The translations under genes and the position numbers were made by a program. The notes beneath the pieces are model-generated. The model was not told the DNA's origin and made no database searches. It saw only the letters and a program-made list of their open reading frames with translations. A stretch of 64,000 bases of DNA from Sarea resinae (lineage: Eukaryota). The stretch lies in NCBI GenBank assembly GCA_026026165.1, contig JAPEUD010000028.1, positions 1-64,000 of the forward strand, written 5' to 3'. This document shows positions 26,744 through 37,958 of this stretch, piece after piece (position 1 is the first letter of the stretch; each line of letters begins with the position of its first letter).

Positions 26744-27264
26744 TGTTAGAATTATAACCTTAATTCTAGTCACTCTTAAGTATCTAGACTGTTACAGAAT
26801 GTCACATAACAGTATAGATACATCTAGAAGCTTCTACAGACCTATAGAAGCTAATAGAACTCTATAGAATCTTATAGAACATTCTAGAAGATTCTATAGC
26901 TATGCTGACTAAGCATCACTATGTGCTGACTAAGTATTAAGGACATTCTAGAGGGTTCTAGAAGGTTCTAGAACTGTCTAGTAGTCTATAGAATCTCTTA
27001 GATATCTATAGAACTTCTATAACATAAGAGTTATATAACTATCCCCTAACTTTCTTACAAAGCATATGTTATTATCAGCTTATTGCTTACAAATCACTTA
27101 TGTAATTAGTTATCACTAGAAGTTTCTAGTAAGTTAGTCAAGTCTATATATTGACTGCCTTACACCTCTATACCTAGAATCTCTAAGTTTATAATATATA
27201 ATTATTCTATACTATACTTCTTTAGCACCTTCCTCTACTTATATCTTTGTGCTACCTTCTAACA
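26744..27264 (+). repeat. 3' LTR of the host copia element (521 bp)
   Basis: TGTTAGAA...TTCTAACA terminal inverted repeat, directly after a PPT and downstream of the RNaseH stop. Confidence 0.9.
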
Positions 27265-27442
27265 GTTACTACTAGGTCTTAACACCTACTATTAGTTTTA
27301 ACACTGTTATAACACTGTCTCAACACCTATAGAAGGTGTTTAACACCTATAAGAGGTTTCTAACACCTATAGAAGGTGTTAGATACTATTGATACTGTAA
27401 TAACACAGTGTTAGGATATATAGGGTAGGCACTTAAGTAGTC
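27265..27442. mobile_element. Terminal fragment of an element related to the 445-1410 insertion (probable target into which the copia inserted)
   Basis: Ends ggcacttaagtagtc versus ggcacttaagtattc at 1394-1408. Carries AACACCT-N5-AGGTGTT hairpins (27322-27340, 27362-27380) matching AAAACCT-N5-AGGTTTT at 1318-1336. Confidence 0.6.
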
Positions 27443-27648
27443 TTAAACAGTCTAGAATATTAAATAGTCTTATAACAATGATTTCTATATTACTATTATA
27501 AGTCTATTAAGATTTCTAGAAACTATTCTACAATTATCACTAGACTATCCTTTTTTTATTATCATCAAGTTATTATCTAACCATTGCTGTTAAAAACACC
27601 AATCTTCCTCTAAGGTACATTAATTACCAGATCTCTAAAGCGAGTGTC

Positions 27649-30600
27649 TTATTGTTTTATGTTTTGCGTAGTCTTCTTAGTAGCCTTTCTCTTCCGAGAG
27701 ATTGGCCGTCGCTTGATCGACTCCTCCCGCTCATCTCCAGATCCAACTTCAGAAGATGAAGACGTAGAGGACGAGGTTGCAGCCGGTCCAGCCTCTGAAC
27801 TGCTAGCACCGGCCATGACTCTTCTTCTCTTTGCTTGCTGTTGCAACTTCCCTAGAGCATTCTCCATGCGCTTACTTTTCCCTTCATTCCTCCGACGTGG
27901 CGCAAATGCTCCCGCTCCACTCCCCCCGGAAAAGAAATTTGTGATGTTCGCCTGCGTGCCTTCGTTCTCACGACGGTTCATATCTTTTATGACGGGGACG
28001 AGGACTTCGTCTGTTCGCTCCTGTGTCCAGCCGATTGTGGACATCAAGAAGGAGCGCAGCGCGTCAAGGTCTGGGACACCCCATGCGAAAGGCGAGGGGT
28101 CGGAATCTACTTCTGGGTGGAGGTAGGCTTCGTCAACGCGGCGATCAGGGAATGTTGGAGAGAGAAACAGTTTTGTGGCATTGCGTCGAAATTTTTTTCG
28201 AAATGGCGAAGCAGCATCTTCAGGCAACTTTACTCCCATCTGTACTTTGGCCCACCAATCCCTGAATGCATCCAACGTCCCGAACTCAGACAGGATTTCG
28301 AGGGCGGTAACCGGACCAACGTTGGGAAGGCCTTCGGTATAATCACTTCCCAGAAGATGGGCAATGCCGATGAGATGCTCGCGATCAAGGCTGAACTCCT
28401 TTTCCAAATCAGAAGATAAATAGCATTCAACAAATTTTGCCTGATTGAACATATTTTTATAGACCCGTGTGCCACCGAAAAGAAAAGTGTCACTATCGTC
28501 CGTGACAATACCGTCTACAAGTCCCAATGAGACGAGCTCAGCGCATTGCGCTTCTGCTTCCATAGGAGCGGTGACATATGGCAAACCAAACAGCCTGAGT
28601 AGCTGTTGGCACTCTGTAACCATTATATGAGACACTTCATCAGCATCGCGGCGATCCTTTTTCTGTTGATTGCGGAGCTGGCGCAGCTCGCGTTCATAAT
28701 CCTCGGCATTTTGAAGCTGTGATTTTTGATTCAAGGTAGAGGCGAAACGTGCGTGTTCCTCAGCTTCAACGGCGAGCTGACGCATAAGGTCATCATCTTC
28801 TGGATCAGAGTTGACTCCATCTAGCTCTATATCCTCGTCAAGGATACCTTGGTCGATTGAGTCTTGAGTTGGCAGTGATGGTATCGCAACAACATCGGAT
28901 TGCGTAGGTTGCGGCGACGTAACCGAAACACCGATGTTCTCGAATTCAACGTTCTCGAGATCTGGAGATGGCAATCCGGAAGAATTTTGCCTCTCACCAC
29001 CAGCAGGTCTTGCAACAGTCGGATTGCCTGTTCGGAGTGCGATAGGTTCTTCTTTATCACTCGCATCCCAGTCGAAAAACTCCTCAGTCTGTTCTTCAGC
29101 AGTAGGTACATCACTTGGCTTTTCTTTTCGCATGGATGTCTCTGGAATTGGGTTCGAATCAAGTCCCGTACGGGGAGGTTCGACCCTTGTGAGGTCCGCC
29201 ACGTCACCCATTCTGACTTCTGAGTCTACCGGTATGGTGTGTTCTATTGTACCTGTATCCTCTGCCTCAACATCAGAATTGATTTCAATCATTTCATTGC
29301 GTGATTGACCGGGCGGATCGAGCTCGACGACATCATTTGCCTTATCTTTACTCAAGACTTGAAGGATTTCTGACGGGTCTCTCTGAAAGGGCCTACTCGT
29401 ATTGTTTTCTTTGTCGGGAAAGGGTAATTGCTCATTTTTCCTTTCCCCAACGCCCCCCGAAAACCACGGAGGTAGAGGTTGTACTTTGCGCCTGGGATCA
29501 TCGTTTCCCTCTCTCTCAAACCCGCCGGCACCTTCTTCTCCGGCCGTCATGGTCTCTGCCTTTTTCCTGCCGAAAATCGATTTTCCGAGATTGATGTTTT
29601 CAAACGGAAGTGGACCCCTAAAGGAGCTTGGCTTATCTGAGAGCTTAGATGGTAGTTTGCTGGCCGGTGACGCTCTACTAGAACTCGGCTTGCCCGCAGC
29701 AACACGACTCTGATATTTCGATTTCCTTGACTCAGCGATAGCAGCATGAAAGTCCATATTATCAACGTCATTTCTAGCCTGATCATGAAAAGTCATTGCA
29801 TTCCTCGTACTGTCCAAGGTGCTCGAGGGGATAGCATTTGTATTGTCCTGCACTTCTGCTGGGCTATCCCGGTCGTTTTCTGATGTGTTCGAGAGGGACA
29901 TTTCGATTGCACGCCGCAGTTGTGCCTCTTCGTCTCCATCCTCCTGATTGCCATCGAATAGACCGTCAACATTCTGGACGTCTACGTTGCCGAGATAGTC
30001 CTCTTCGTCGTTGGCCAGGAAGAGTGAATCAGGATCTTCGATTCTAGGTTTCCTCTTGACCTGTGAATCTCGCAATGCATCCTTTTCGCGAGTACCGCGA
30101 AAAGCTTGCCTCTGCCCCGCAGTTTCAGGAGTTCTGATGTCAAGTCGTTTCGGCAAGACGTTCAAGCCTTCAATAGGCACATTCTCAAAGCCGTCATCAG
30201 CATCGTCCCATTCATCATCGTCCTCCTCTTGGAGTAGCAGCTGACCACGACTCTCTAGATCGATGGGCTTTTCCCTCTTGCCGTCATCTTTGTTGTTGGA
30301 AACGACACCAAGTGCCCAGCCACCCTCGACGCCTTCGTTTTTGACAAGGACGTATTCTTTACCCCTCTCACCGGCAACCCTCGAGCCACCATTTCCCAGC
30401 ATAGCATCCTCACCATTCATCCCGTTGATGTTCATTAACCGCTGTGTCAAATCATTCCTCTCCTTCACTCTTTCGACTTGAAATTTAGAAAAGGCCATCC
30501 TGTTTGGAAACATATCATCCAATTGTTCTTTAGAATACCCCATCCGCAGTCTACTTCGCAGTCTGGCAGCATTAAGTATATTGTATCGATCACTTGCGGG

Positions 30601-31284
30601 TAGACTCAGGAAGAACGGACTGTTAAAGTCGATTTTGGAAAAATCGTAGAGATTGATGTCTTCACCCGTATGGAATTGTCGAGCATACTCCTCGAGTTCC
30701 TCGTGAGACATGATACGCGGATCATTAGGCGCCCCCATGCTCTCGAGGGATATGTCCAGATCCGGGAGATGATAGGCGTCCTTTTTCTTAAAATGGCGAG
30801 ACTGCTGGCGTTCCTGAGATGTCATCTGAAGTTCATCTACATAGACCAGGTCGTCCGGAACTTCTTCTTCATCCTCTTGTGGGGCTGGCCCGAGTTCTAT
30901 CGCCTCCTTTCTCTTATTTTCTTCCTCCTCTGCTCTCCTCTGCATCTGTACAGCCAATAATTTTCCTGCCGTACGCACAGCGTCTTCCCTCCTTCCCTCA
31001 CGTCTCTGCTTTCTGGCGCTAATTGTCTGCCTCTTGAGCGCGGGAGCACCCCCATCGAACACAAAGACCGGCTTGATACCAAAATAAAGTAATTTGCATA
31101 TCCGACGGAAAAAGCCGACTATATGACTGTTTCGAAGAGCGTTTCCTTCCTTGTCGCGGACAGCTTTGAGAAACTGGTAGATCCAGATAGATGCGTCTAC
31201 CGCAAGCCGCTTTTTATTGAGTGTTTCCAATTTGATAGGTCGCGCGCAAGGTTGGACGACTGTCCAAAGACCAGTGACACCCAT
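27649..31284 (-). CDS. RAD2: XPG/Rad2 (Rad13) structure-specific endonuclease of nucleotide excision repair, 1211 aa, single exon
   Basis: XPG-N domain MGVTGLW...LAVDASIWIYQF...FVFDG; XPG-I domain APMEAEAQCA...TDDSDTFLFG...GSDYTEG; ubiquitin-binding-type EEAQLRRAIEMSL; PIP-box-like TQANITNFF; basic C-terminal NLS. Confidence 0.97.
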   Translation of the reverse strand: MGVTGLWTVVQPCARPIKLETLNKKRLAVDASIWIYQFLKAVRDKEGNALRNSHIVGFFRRICKLLYFGIKPVFVFDGGAPALKRQTISARKQRREGRREDAVRTAGKLLAVQMQRRAEEEENKRKEAIELGPAPQEDEEEVPDDLVYVDELQMTSQERQQSRHFKKKDAYHLPDLDISLESMGAPNDPRIMSHEELEEYARQFHTGEDINLYDFSKIDFNSPFFLSLPASDRYNILNAARLRSRLRMGYSKEQLDDMFPNRMAFSKFQVERVKERNDLTQRLMNINGMNGEDAMLGNGGSRVAGERGKEYVLVKNEGVEGGWALGVVSNNKDDGKREKPIDLESRGQLLLQEEDDDEWDDADDGFENVPIEGLNVLPKRLDIRTPETAGQRQAFRGTREKDALRDSQVKRKPRIEDPDSLFLANDEEDYLGNVDVQNVDGLFDGNQEDGDEEAQLRRAIEMSLSNTSENDRDSPAEVQDNTNAIPSSTLDSTRNAMTFHDQARNDVDNMDFHAAIAESRKSKYQSRVAAGKPSSSRASPASKLPSKLSDKPSSFRGPLPFENINLGKSIFGRKKAETMTAGEEGAGGFEREGNDDPRRKVQPLPPWFSGGVGERKNEQLPFPDKENNTSRPFQRDPSEILQVLSKDKANDVVELDPPGQSRNEMIEINSDVEAEDTGTIEHTIPVDSEVRMGDVADLTRVEPPRTGLDSNPIPETSMRKEKPSDVPTAEEQTEEFFDWDASDKEEPIALRTGNPTVARPAGGERQNSSGLPSPDLENVEFENIGVSVTSPQPTQSDVVAIPSLPTQDSIDQGILDEDIELDGVNSDPEDDDLMRQLAVEAEEHARFASTLNQKSQLQNAEDYERELRQLRNQQKKDRRDADEVSHIMVTECQQLLRLFGLPYVTAPMEAEAQCAELVSLGLVDGIVTDDSDTFLFGGTRVYKNMFNQAKFVECYLSSDLEKEFSLDREHLIGIAHLLGSDYTEGLPNVGPVTALEILSEFGTLDAFRDWWAKVQMGVKLPEDAASPFRKKFRRNATKLFLSPTFPDRRVDEAYLHPEVDSDPSPFAWGVPDLDALRSFLMSTIGWTQERTDEVLVPVIKDMNRRENEGTQANITNFFSGGSGAGAFAPRRRNEGKSKRMENALGKLQQQAKRRRVMAGASSSEAGPAATSSSTSSSSEVGSGDEREESIKRRPISRKRKATKKTTQNIKQ

Positions 31285-32372
31285 GATGACGTCGAGAGTG
31301 CTGCACTGCCAGATTCGACATCTCGACTATGGTGGTATCAGGGCGAAGATCAAAGATCAACAGCGATGATAATCTAGAGGAGGCCTACCTACCGTACGCA
31401 GCGAACCGTGTGGGTATGACTTAATGCTCTTGCGATGAGTATTACGAAGTACTTCGTACTTGCCTAGGAGCTGGAGGTACCTTACTATGTAGCAGGTCGG
31501 CAGCACAGTCACGTTAAGATCTTATCTTATATCCTAGTAGGTAAGGTACCTTATCTAGGTACTCTGGTACTCAAAACATGTACTCCAATGTGTGATAGGG
31601 CACCTCCTACTGCGCAATACTACTAGGTACCTACCTTACTCTTCGTCCCTCCTCAGTGCTGTATCTGCTTGAGGTACTAAAGGTAAAGGGACCTGTGTGT
31701 CCCAGCACTCCCGAGTACGTCATCTGTCTAGGCACCTCTAGATCCACACCCAAGAAACTGAAGCGTACGGTACCTTACGAAAGGCGATGAATGTGGTGTT
31801 GATTTTGTCTCATGCCAGCAGGAAAATTCTGGAAAATTCTGGAGGCAATACTTGAGTGCTTCGCTTTGAACCATCCGTGTGGCTTCGTATTCGAAATTGA
31901 CTGCATCTTAGGTCAAAAATAAGAACGACTAGGAAATAAGGACAACCAGGTAAAAGCCACTTCCAGGTTCGCTGCAACAATCTCCAGCAATCGACACAAG
32001 CTCCATGAAAAAGACGCGCTGACGAATTTCAAGCTGAAAAACTTCCTCAGACGCCAGGTCCTGGTGAATACATTACATTGTGAAAAGAAATGAAATCAAA
32101 ACGCGGAGCAATATTGGACTTGAATTGCTTCATCTTCTATGAACCCTGTGGTTTCCTGCGCCCGCATCGAACTCACAGCTGCCCGAGACATCGCAATCCG
32201 TTGCAGTAAGGACCCAGCAGATAGTGAGCCTTAAAGGTTTGCATATTGCCAACCTTGAAAAGGTTATGGAAGAAACTTCGATTGGTGATCATTAGCGGGT
32301 CCGAGCATTGGAGCCAATCCTTTCCATATACTGTTGACTTCGAAGTGCGTAAGGAATTTCACTTCTGACATA

Positions 32373-34128
32373 TCAAAAGCTTTGAGGCATCACCGCAGCA
32401 GGCTATAGTTTTTGAGTAGTTAGCTTGAGTCACGAGAGCCTCTGAGACCATGGTCAGCGAGTCACGTACCGGACTGTTCAACATGCTGTTCCGCTTATTG
32501 CGGCCCTTCTTGATGTGGCTCTTCAAGGCGCTCGAGTCGAGCGGTTTCAGCAGCTCAAAGCTACATAAAAGTTCTCCAGAAACCGACATCACAGCACCCC
32601 AATTGTCAAATTCACCACAATACTATTGTGAGTCAGTAATTAGGGTCCACAGTTATATATAATCGAAACTTACATTCGGAGCTGAGAACACTGTGACTAG
32701 GATTCGGTCGTTGAAAAATTCGTAGCCATCTTCTACAACCATATGCGCTCTGCATACGAGATCAAAATCATGTCGCTGCAGAAATTCCATGATAACTTTC
32801 TTCCCAAAGCAATAGCTAACGCCCCTTTCGTTCGCTTCCCAGTCCGAGTCCATGTCTGCTGGGTCACTCCAGAGTAAGTCGTTTAGCAAGCCGTAATCAG
32901 GGACGTCGGTTGGTCTAGCTATCTGTCGAATATCATCCATGTGGGAAAGGCTTGGTGAGAGCCCTCCATGCACACAGAAAATCTTGCCTGCGACGATCGA
33001 AGCGATCGGAAGCGTGTTGAAGGTGTCGATGAAGGTCTTCCAAATTTTGATGTTGCAGCGCCGTTTACACTCATCATAGAATCCATAGACGCGAGTAACA
33101 TTGGCACATTCATGATTGCCCCGCAAGAGGAAAAAATTCTCGGGAAATTTGAGCTTGTAGCAAAGAAGGAGGAGAATCGTTTCCAAGCTCTGCTTGCCTC
33201 GGTCAACGTAATCACCAAGAAAGAGATAGTTGGCGTTAGGCGGAAATCCACACATCTCAAACATTCGAATCAGATCCGTATACTGGCCGTGAACATCCCC
33301 AACAATTTTGACAGGTGGCTGTAGCTCTACCAATGCTGGTTGAGACAGGAAGACTTCCCGTGCAGCCGCACAGATGGCAGTTATTTCGGCATTTTTAAGG
33401 CAAACAGCCTTTGTAACCTTTCCAGCATAACCCGCATCTAGCAGACGAGTTATCATTTCATCTAGATCGATGGACCTGAGGGCGCCAATTTCCATACTGG
33501 TGGAGCTGCTACCGCCATCAGTGCCTGCGCTTGGAGGCGTTTCAGGCACTCGAGGATTAGAAGTATCTTCCTTTTTGACAAGGATCGATTCCTTGGCTGG
33601 TTGAGTATGCGAGGGGTGGATGGTACCCGTTGGAGCAATATCGGAGACATGATCAACTTCACCCGTTCGCTGTGCGTGTGCGACTGACTCATGGCCTCGG
33701 CCAAGAGATGCAGACTGGGTTGGAGAAGGTGGTGGGACTGGCGACTCCGAGCGTGCAGAGGTACTAGGAACAACAGGTTCCAAGGGAGGCGATTGTGCAG
33801 AAGAGGCAGAGAATGCACGGCTCGACCTTGTGGCGGCAGATTTCCCACTAGCAGTCGACTTGACAGATGCGGCGTCCGATTTATCCACGTTGCCAGAGGA
33901 TCCACCAGTTGTTCCGACTAGAGTAGACGTCGAATTTCGAGGGCTGTCGGTCTTTCCGCTACCAGGAATCTTGGAGCGGATAGAACCCCGAAATGAGCGC
34001 GCTGACTCTTTCGTATCGGTCCTGCTAAACGAGGGGTATGATTCGAGGCTTTCGCCGGGCGGCCGCCCATTTGGGTTGGATGATGCATTTGTTGAGGACT
34101 TCGAGCCTTTGGATGGTTGCTGACCCAT
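32373..34128 (-). CDS. PPZ1: Fungal PPZ-type Ser/Thr protein phosphatase; exons 34128-32674, 32622-32470, 32402-32373
   Basis: Myristoylation-type start MGQQPSK and Ser-rich N-terminus. PPP motifs GDVHG, GDYVDRG, RGNHE, HGG, and SAPN|YCGEFDN restored across a GT-AG intron. Last exon PAAVMPQSF*. Confidence 0.95.
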
Positions 34129-36156
34129 TGTGAGTAGCCTGTCTTTCTTACCACCGAAGAAAAACTTGAGCAACGTCCGTATTTAAAGCGCCGCAAAGAA
34201 CGACCGTCGCAAATCGATTCGTAGCAAGGACCTGTCTTGTCAACCACTTTGTATGGCTTGGGAAACAAAGTCGGTCTGGGCTCCTCAAGGCACTTGGGCC
34301 TGCTGAAGCAACGGGGTGTAAGTTCTCCCTGGAAACTCAAGTCAAAGACTCTCAACCGCCTTAGGGAGGCTCGAAGAGGGTCGATAGAAACCAGAGGAAA
34401 CGAGCTTCCACGAAGGACCGCGTCTTGGCTGCTTGTTCCTGTCGTAGCTGGCAGTGTGAGACAGCCTTCGAGCTAGGCTCGAAAGGCGGCGGGGAGAATA
34501 CGAACGGCGATCCTTGACTAGAAAAAACTCTAGCCAGGTTCGATGGAGAATGATCAAGATCGGGTCGGGTCAGAACAATGGCGGGAAGAGTATCGCAATG
34601 TCCGACAGCAGCAATGGAGCTGATGGCATAGATCGTGAGAAGGCGATTAGATTACTTTGGCGTTGGTTGGTAATGAGAGTAGTTTGAGAATGTCTGGCAG
34701 TGAGAAAGACCTCGCAGGATCAACGTAGCTTGGTGACACAGATGAGATAGGTCTTCCACGGTTGCCGCCCTCAAGCGATGGATGGCAAGGTAGGTGTACA
34801 GAGTCGATGCTGCGAAAGCGGATGCGCCTCAGATGGGGAAAGATGAAGTAGAGACGAGCGGCTGGGCTCTGGGTAAGGTAGGTACGATTGGTAGTATGTA
34901 GTACTTGGCGCCGTACTACTAGGTAGGTAAGGTAAGGTAGGTGAGGTGTAGTGGTGACTCCTGCTAACTTGACTTACTGTCGGAGGTCAGAGCGACATCT
35001 GATAAGACAGAGAAGTACTTCGTACGAAGTGGAGAGGTGACAGATATCGAGGGGCGACAGATGGAAGATGGCTCGAAGACTTCGAAGAAGATGGCGGCTG
35101 AGATGAGAGATCAACCAAAAGCTTCTTTTTCCTGTCCCCAAGTCGAATTTACAGAAGATGAACGATCGACACGGTCTAAGGTCGATAGAGTGCTTCCCCA
35201 AGTCTGGGAACAGAGCCTACTGGGCATTCATTGTCTTCTGTTCATAGGCCAGCGTCGCAGATCACAGAGCATGCATAGGTACGAAGAGTGAGCTGTGACT
35301 CGGTAGATGACAGTGTTGGAAAGCAGGAAAAATACCGATCAACCAGTACATATGAGTACTTCTCATTCCTGCCGGAAAAACAGCCAAACAACATTCATTT
35401 CCTTACAAATGTGCATGGCGCGGGAGTATCATTAGTACTTGCAGGGTGGGGGCCACCTGGGGATTGGGCGGGACGGCATTAGCATTGGAAAGCAACTTGG
35501 AAGATAAAAGGAGTCAAAGGGTATTCTTCAGCCCACGCGAAGAGAATTGGTGAGTACTATAGACGTGCACTTGGTTCTACTTCATCAAACATGATCAACC
35601 TTGGAGGCCCTCAACATCAGCACTCTCTTCGAATGTCAAATGCTTGTTTCAATACGAGTAGATCCAATAGGTTTCGAATCATTATTGATTACATGCTGAC
35701 TCGCAATACACGAATGAGTACTCCAGAGTATCCGTGATGGTACCCATCTATTGCTGTTCCGCTTGAATTGCCAGGCCACTAACCCATACCTTACGACTTG
35801 CCGGACTGAATGTTATTCAGTCGCATCGCTTCCACCTCAGAGCCTTCATCTCCGCTTGTACAGCAGGCCTCTGACAGTTTTTAGGAATCACTGACCCATT
35901 TAGTCAGCCCCAGAGCACATCTCAGGATCCACAACTAAACTCGTCTCGACTCTTTCATCACGGGCCCTCTTTCGGCAACGGCCACAATATAGGCATACTG
36001 CGGTACGTTTTGACGATGCACTGCCACCAGCTTGGGCTCAGTCATCAATCAAGTGTCAACGTAGGACTGATGACGCGAATCCTAAGGGAATCTTGTCTCA
36101 GTCGAGCTGTCAGACCCTTACTCCACGGTCAGCCATTAATACCATTACGTCGTCTA

Positions 36157-36534
36157 TCAATCCTTGTACGCCATCTGATGCGGTACTTTCTCGACTTCTA
36201 TTCGGGTGATGTATTGCCCCGGCACAACGACGAGTCCCAGGAATCGGCTTGTCATATTCATCTTAATGGTGTGCTGCGAGCCGTTTTCGAGCTTCCACGC
36301 GGCAGCATTAATGGTCGACGCCGAAGGACGTCGGTATTCGTAAGTGAGTCCGAGGATTATATTGCGGTCCTGCAGTATGGTCAGAGGGGGAAGCAAGCTA
36401 CTCTCGTCAGGAGGCGTATATACTCTGTCTGTGCATTTCATTTCTCCAACAAACATTCGAGTATCTGTCGTCGTGATCCTCAATGTCTTCCCCAAAAACG
36501 ACTGTAGGTACTCAGCAGCCTCAGCAATATCCAT
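36157..36534 (-). CDS. MAK31: LSM-domain protein, likely NatC auxiliary subunit Mak31/Naa38; intron 36370-36423
   Basis: Sm1 motif LGKTLRITTTDTRMFVGEMKCTDR|DRNIILGLTYEYR and Sm2 motif SRFLGLVVVPGQYITRIEV. Confidence 0.8.
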   Translation of the reverse strand: MDIAEAAEYLQSFLGKTLRITTTDTRMFVGEMKCTDRVYTPPDESSLLPPLTILQDRNIILGLTYEYRRPSASTINAAAWKLENGSQHTIKMNMTSRFLGLVVVPGQYITRIEVEKVPHQMAYKD

Positions 36535-37958
36535 TCCAAAGTCCGCAAATGGTCCGTTTTCACGAGGCTGTTTGGTACATGAAAGGAAGACCGTGTGTCC
36601 GAAATGAGTGGCAAACGTGGGCCGCTTGAGACTTGACGATGGATGTTGAAGAGTGACACTATTTTGGGTTCCGATTGCTTCTGTTGGTCGATCAGTAGAT
36701 AGGTACCTACCTACTAAGTGAGCATTCAGTTTGCGGTCCATACCACGTAGTAGATCCATGTTCACGGCTATCGCTTAGTCATCATTTCCGCGAAACTCGT
36801 CCCCCTTTTCTAGCTGACTGACGTACTACGAAGTACGCCCTCCTGGTACCTACCTTACCGTAGGGAGGTAAATAATGTACTCGTACGTTGTACCCCATCA
36901 TGGAAGAGTACTTCGTAGATTCTCCACCGATGTCCAATTACCTAGTATCTAAGTCAGATTCATGGAAGCAAAATATCATCCTTCGTCACAGCATTACCTA
37001 GAACGAATGCGTGGTAATTTTATGCTGTGCACCGGACGGTTTCCTTTATTATGTCTTCTCTCTTTTTGGGTCTTCAGGGCTGCTTTAGTGAAGATGGCGT
37101 ATTGATGCGTCAACGCTACTAAATTTAGATTTCATTTCCGTGGCAGCGAACACGCGGCGAGTCGAAATGGATCGGCTTAGCGTGGCTGGTGTCTTAGTGG
37201 CAGGGCTGATCGAGGATCTCTCCACGTAATAGTGCCGACCTATCATCGTGCTCTCACGTACCTACCTATCTATTTACTACAGAATAATGCAGCAAGAAAG
37301 AAACAAGAGACCTAGTTGATCTGCGTTCTGGCTTCTTTGACCCTTTCTGCAAACAATCGTTGCCCAGACACCCATCCAGCACCGACCGTTTAGGTACCAA
37401 CGAGCGAGTTCGGTTGACCACCTAACCTGAAGCGAGCCGACTATTGATGAGCTGGACCCTGTTCTATGGTCACCATATCTGCTGTCCGCTCGCCAATTGA
37501 TGCACTGCCTCCCCACATTAAATGTCTCTGAGGGAAGAATACTGCGCAAAGGTCGTCCATGGCTGTGAACGACAATCCTTGTCCTACGTACTCCTTGTAT
37601 ACGTAGGGTATACGCGTGTCCTTGAAGGCTTGTGGTTGGTGGGGCCATGACATAGTCGTTACTTACTCGCAGGCATTCGACGCCGACTGCAAACAAAAGG
37701 CAAGGATAGAATAGAGTACAGCCACCCACACCCATTATCCTATGAACCTTTTAAAGCATCCTCAGCTGCTCCTATGCTACCTGCAATTCTTCATCCATCC
37801 TCTCCATCATCTCGTGCCCTAAAGAAACGGAATATCTTGAGCCTCGCTTGTCTTTCCGGATAGCTTCGCTCGACCATTACAATCTTGTATCCGTCTGTTG
37901 TGATCCCTCTTACTTCCTGCGCCAGACTCTCAGTATCATCTCATTCGGTCCCGCCAAG

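Larger units (their letters stand above)
126..27264 (+). mobile_element. Ty1/copia LTR retrotransposon (host element, RIP-inactivated; 5' part outside window; interrupted at 445-1410 and 2577-25581)
   Basis: Domains occur in copia order. Integrase: SETFSKFKEY...IFHLDN from 126 and AAIYLYNRT at ~1411. RT: PKSYKEAL..EKWLKSMQKEL, LYSLKQAAR at 2478, RIPed YVDD as tatatagataat at 25620-25631. RNaseH: RSTTSYVF, SKLQKTIALSS, KTKHIDIQYHFVRD, QLADGFTKPL; stop 26648-26650. PPT aagggggtg precedes the 3' LTR. Confidence 0.93.
1..27640. repeat. AT-rich, RIP-mutated nested transposon block (probable heterochromatin island)
   Basis: Very AT-rich with a strong TpA excess and almost no ORFs in the six-frame track. 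Retroelement motifs are recognisable but carry TAA/TAG stops where Gln/Trp codons are expected. Composition switches abruptly to ~50% GC at ~27640. Confidence 0.95.

Noticed and set aside
34129..34173. TTG-initiated N-terminal extension of PPZ1 in the ORF track
   Set aside because: The ATG at 34128 gives the Met-Gly myristoylation start typical of PPZ enzymes.
36535..36765. 77-codon N-terminal extension of the LSM protein
   Set aside because: It starts at a GTG and has no similarity to the family; the ATG at 36534 gives the usual size.
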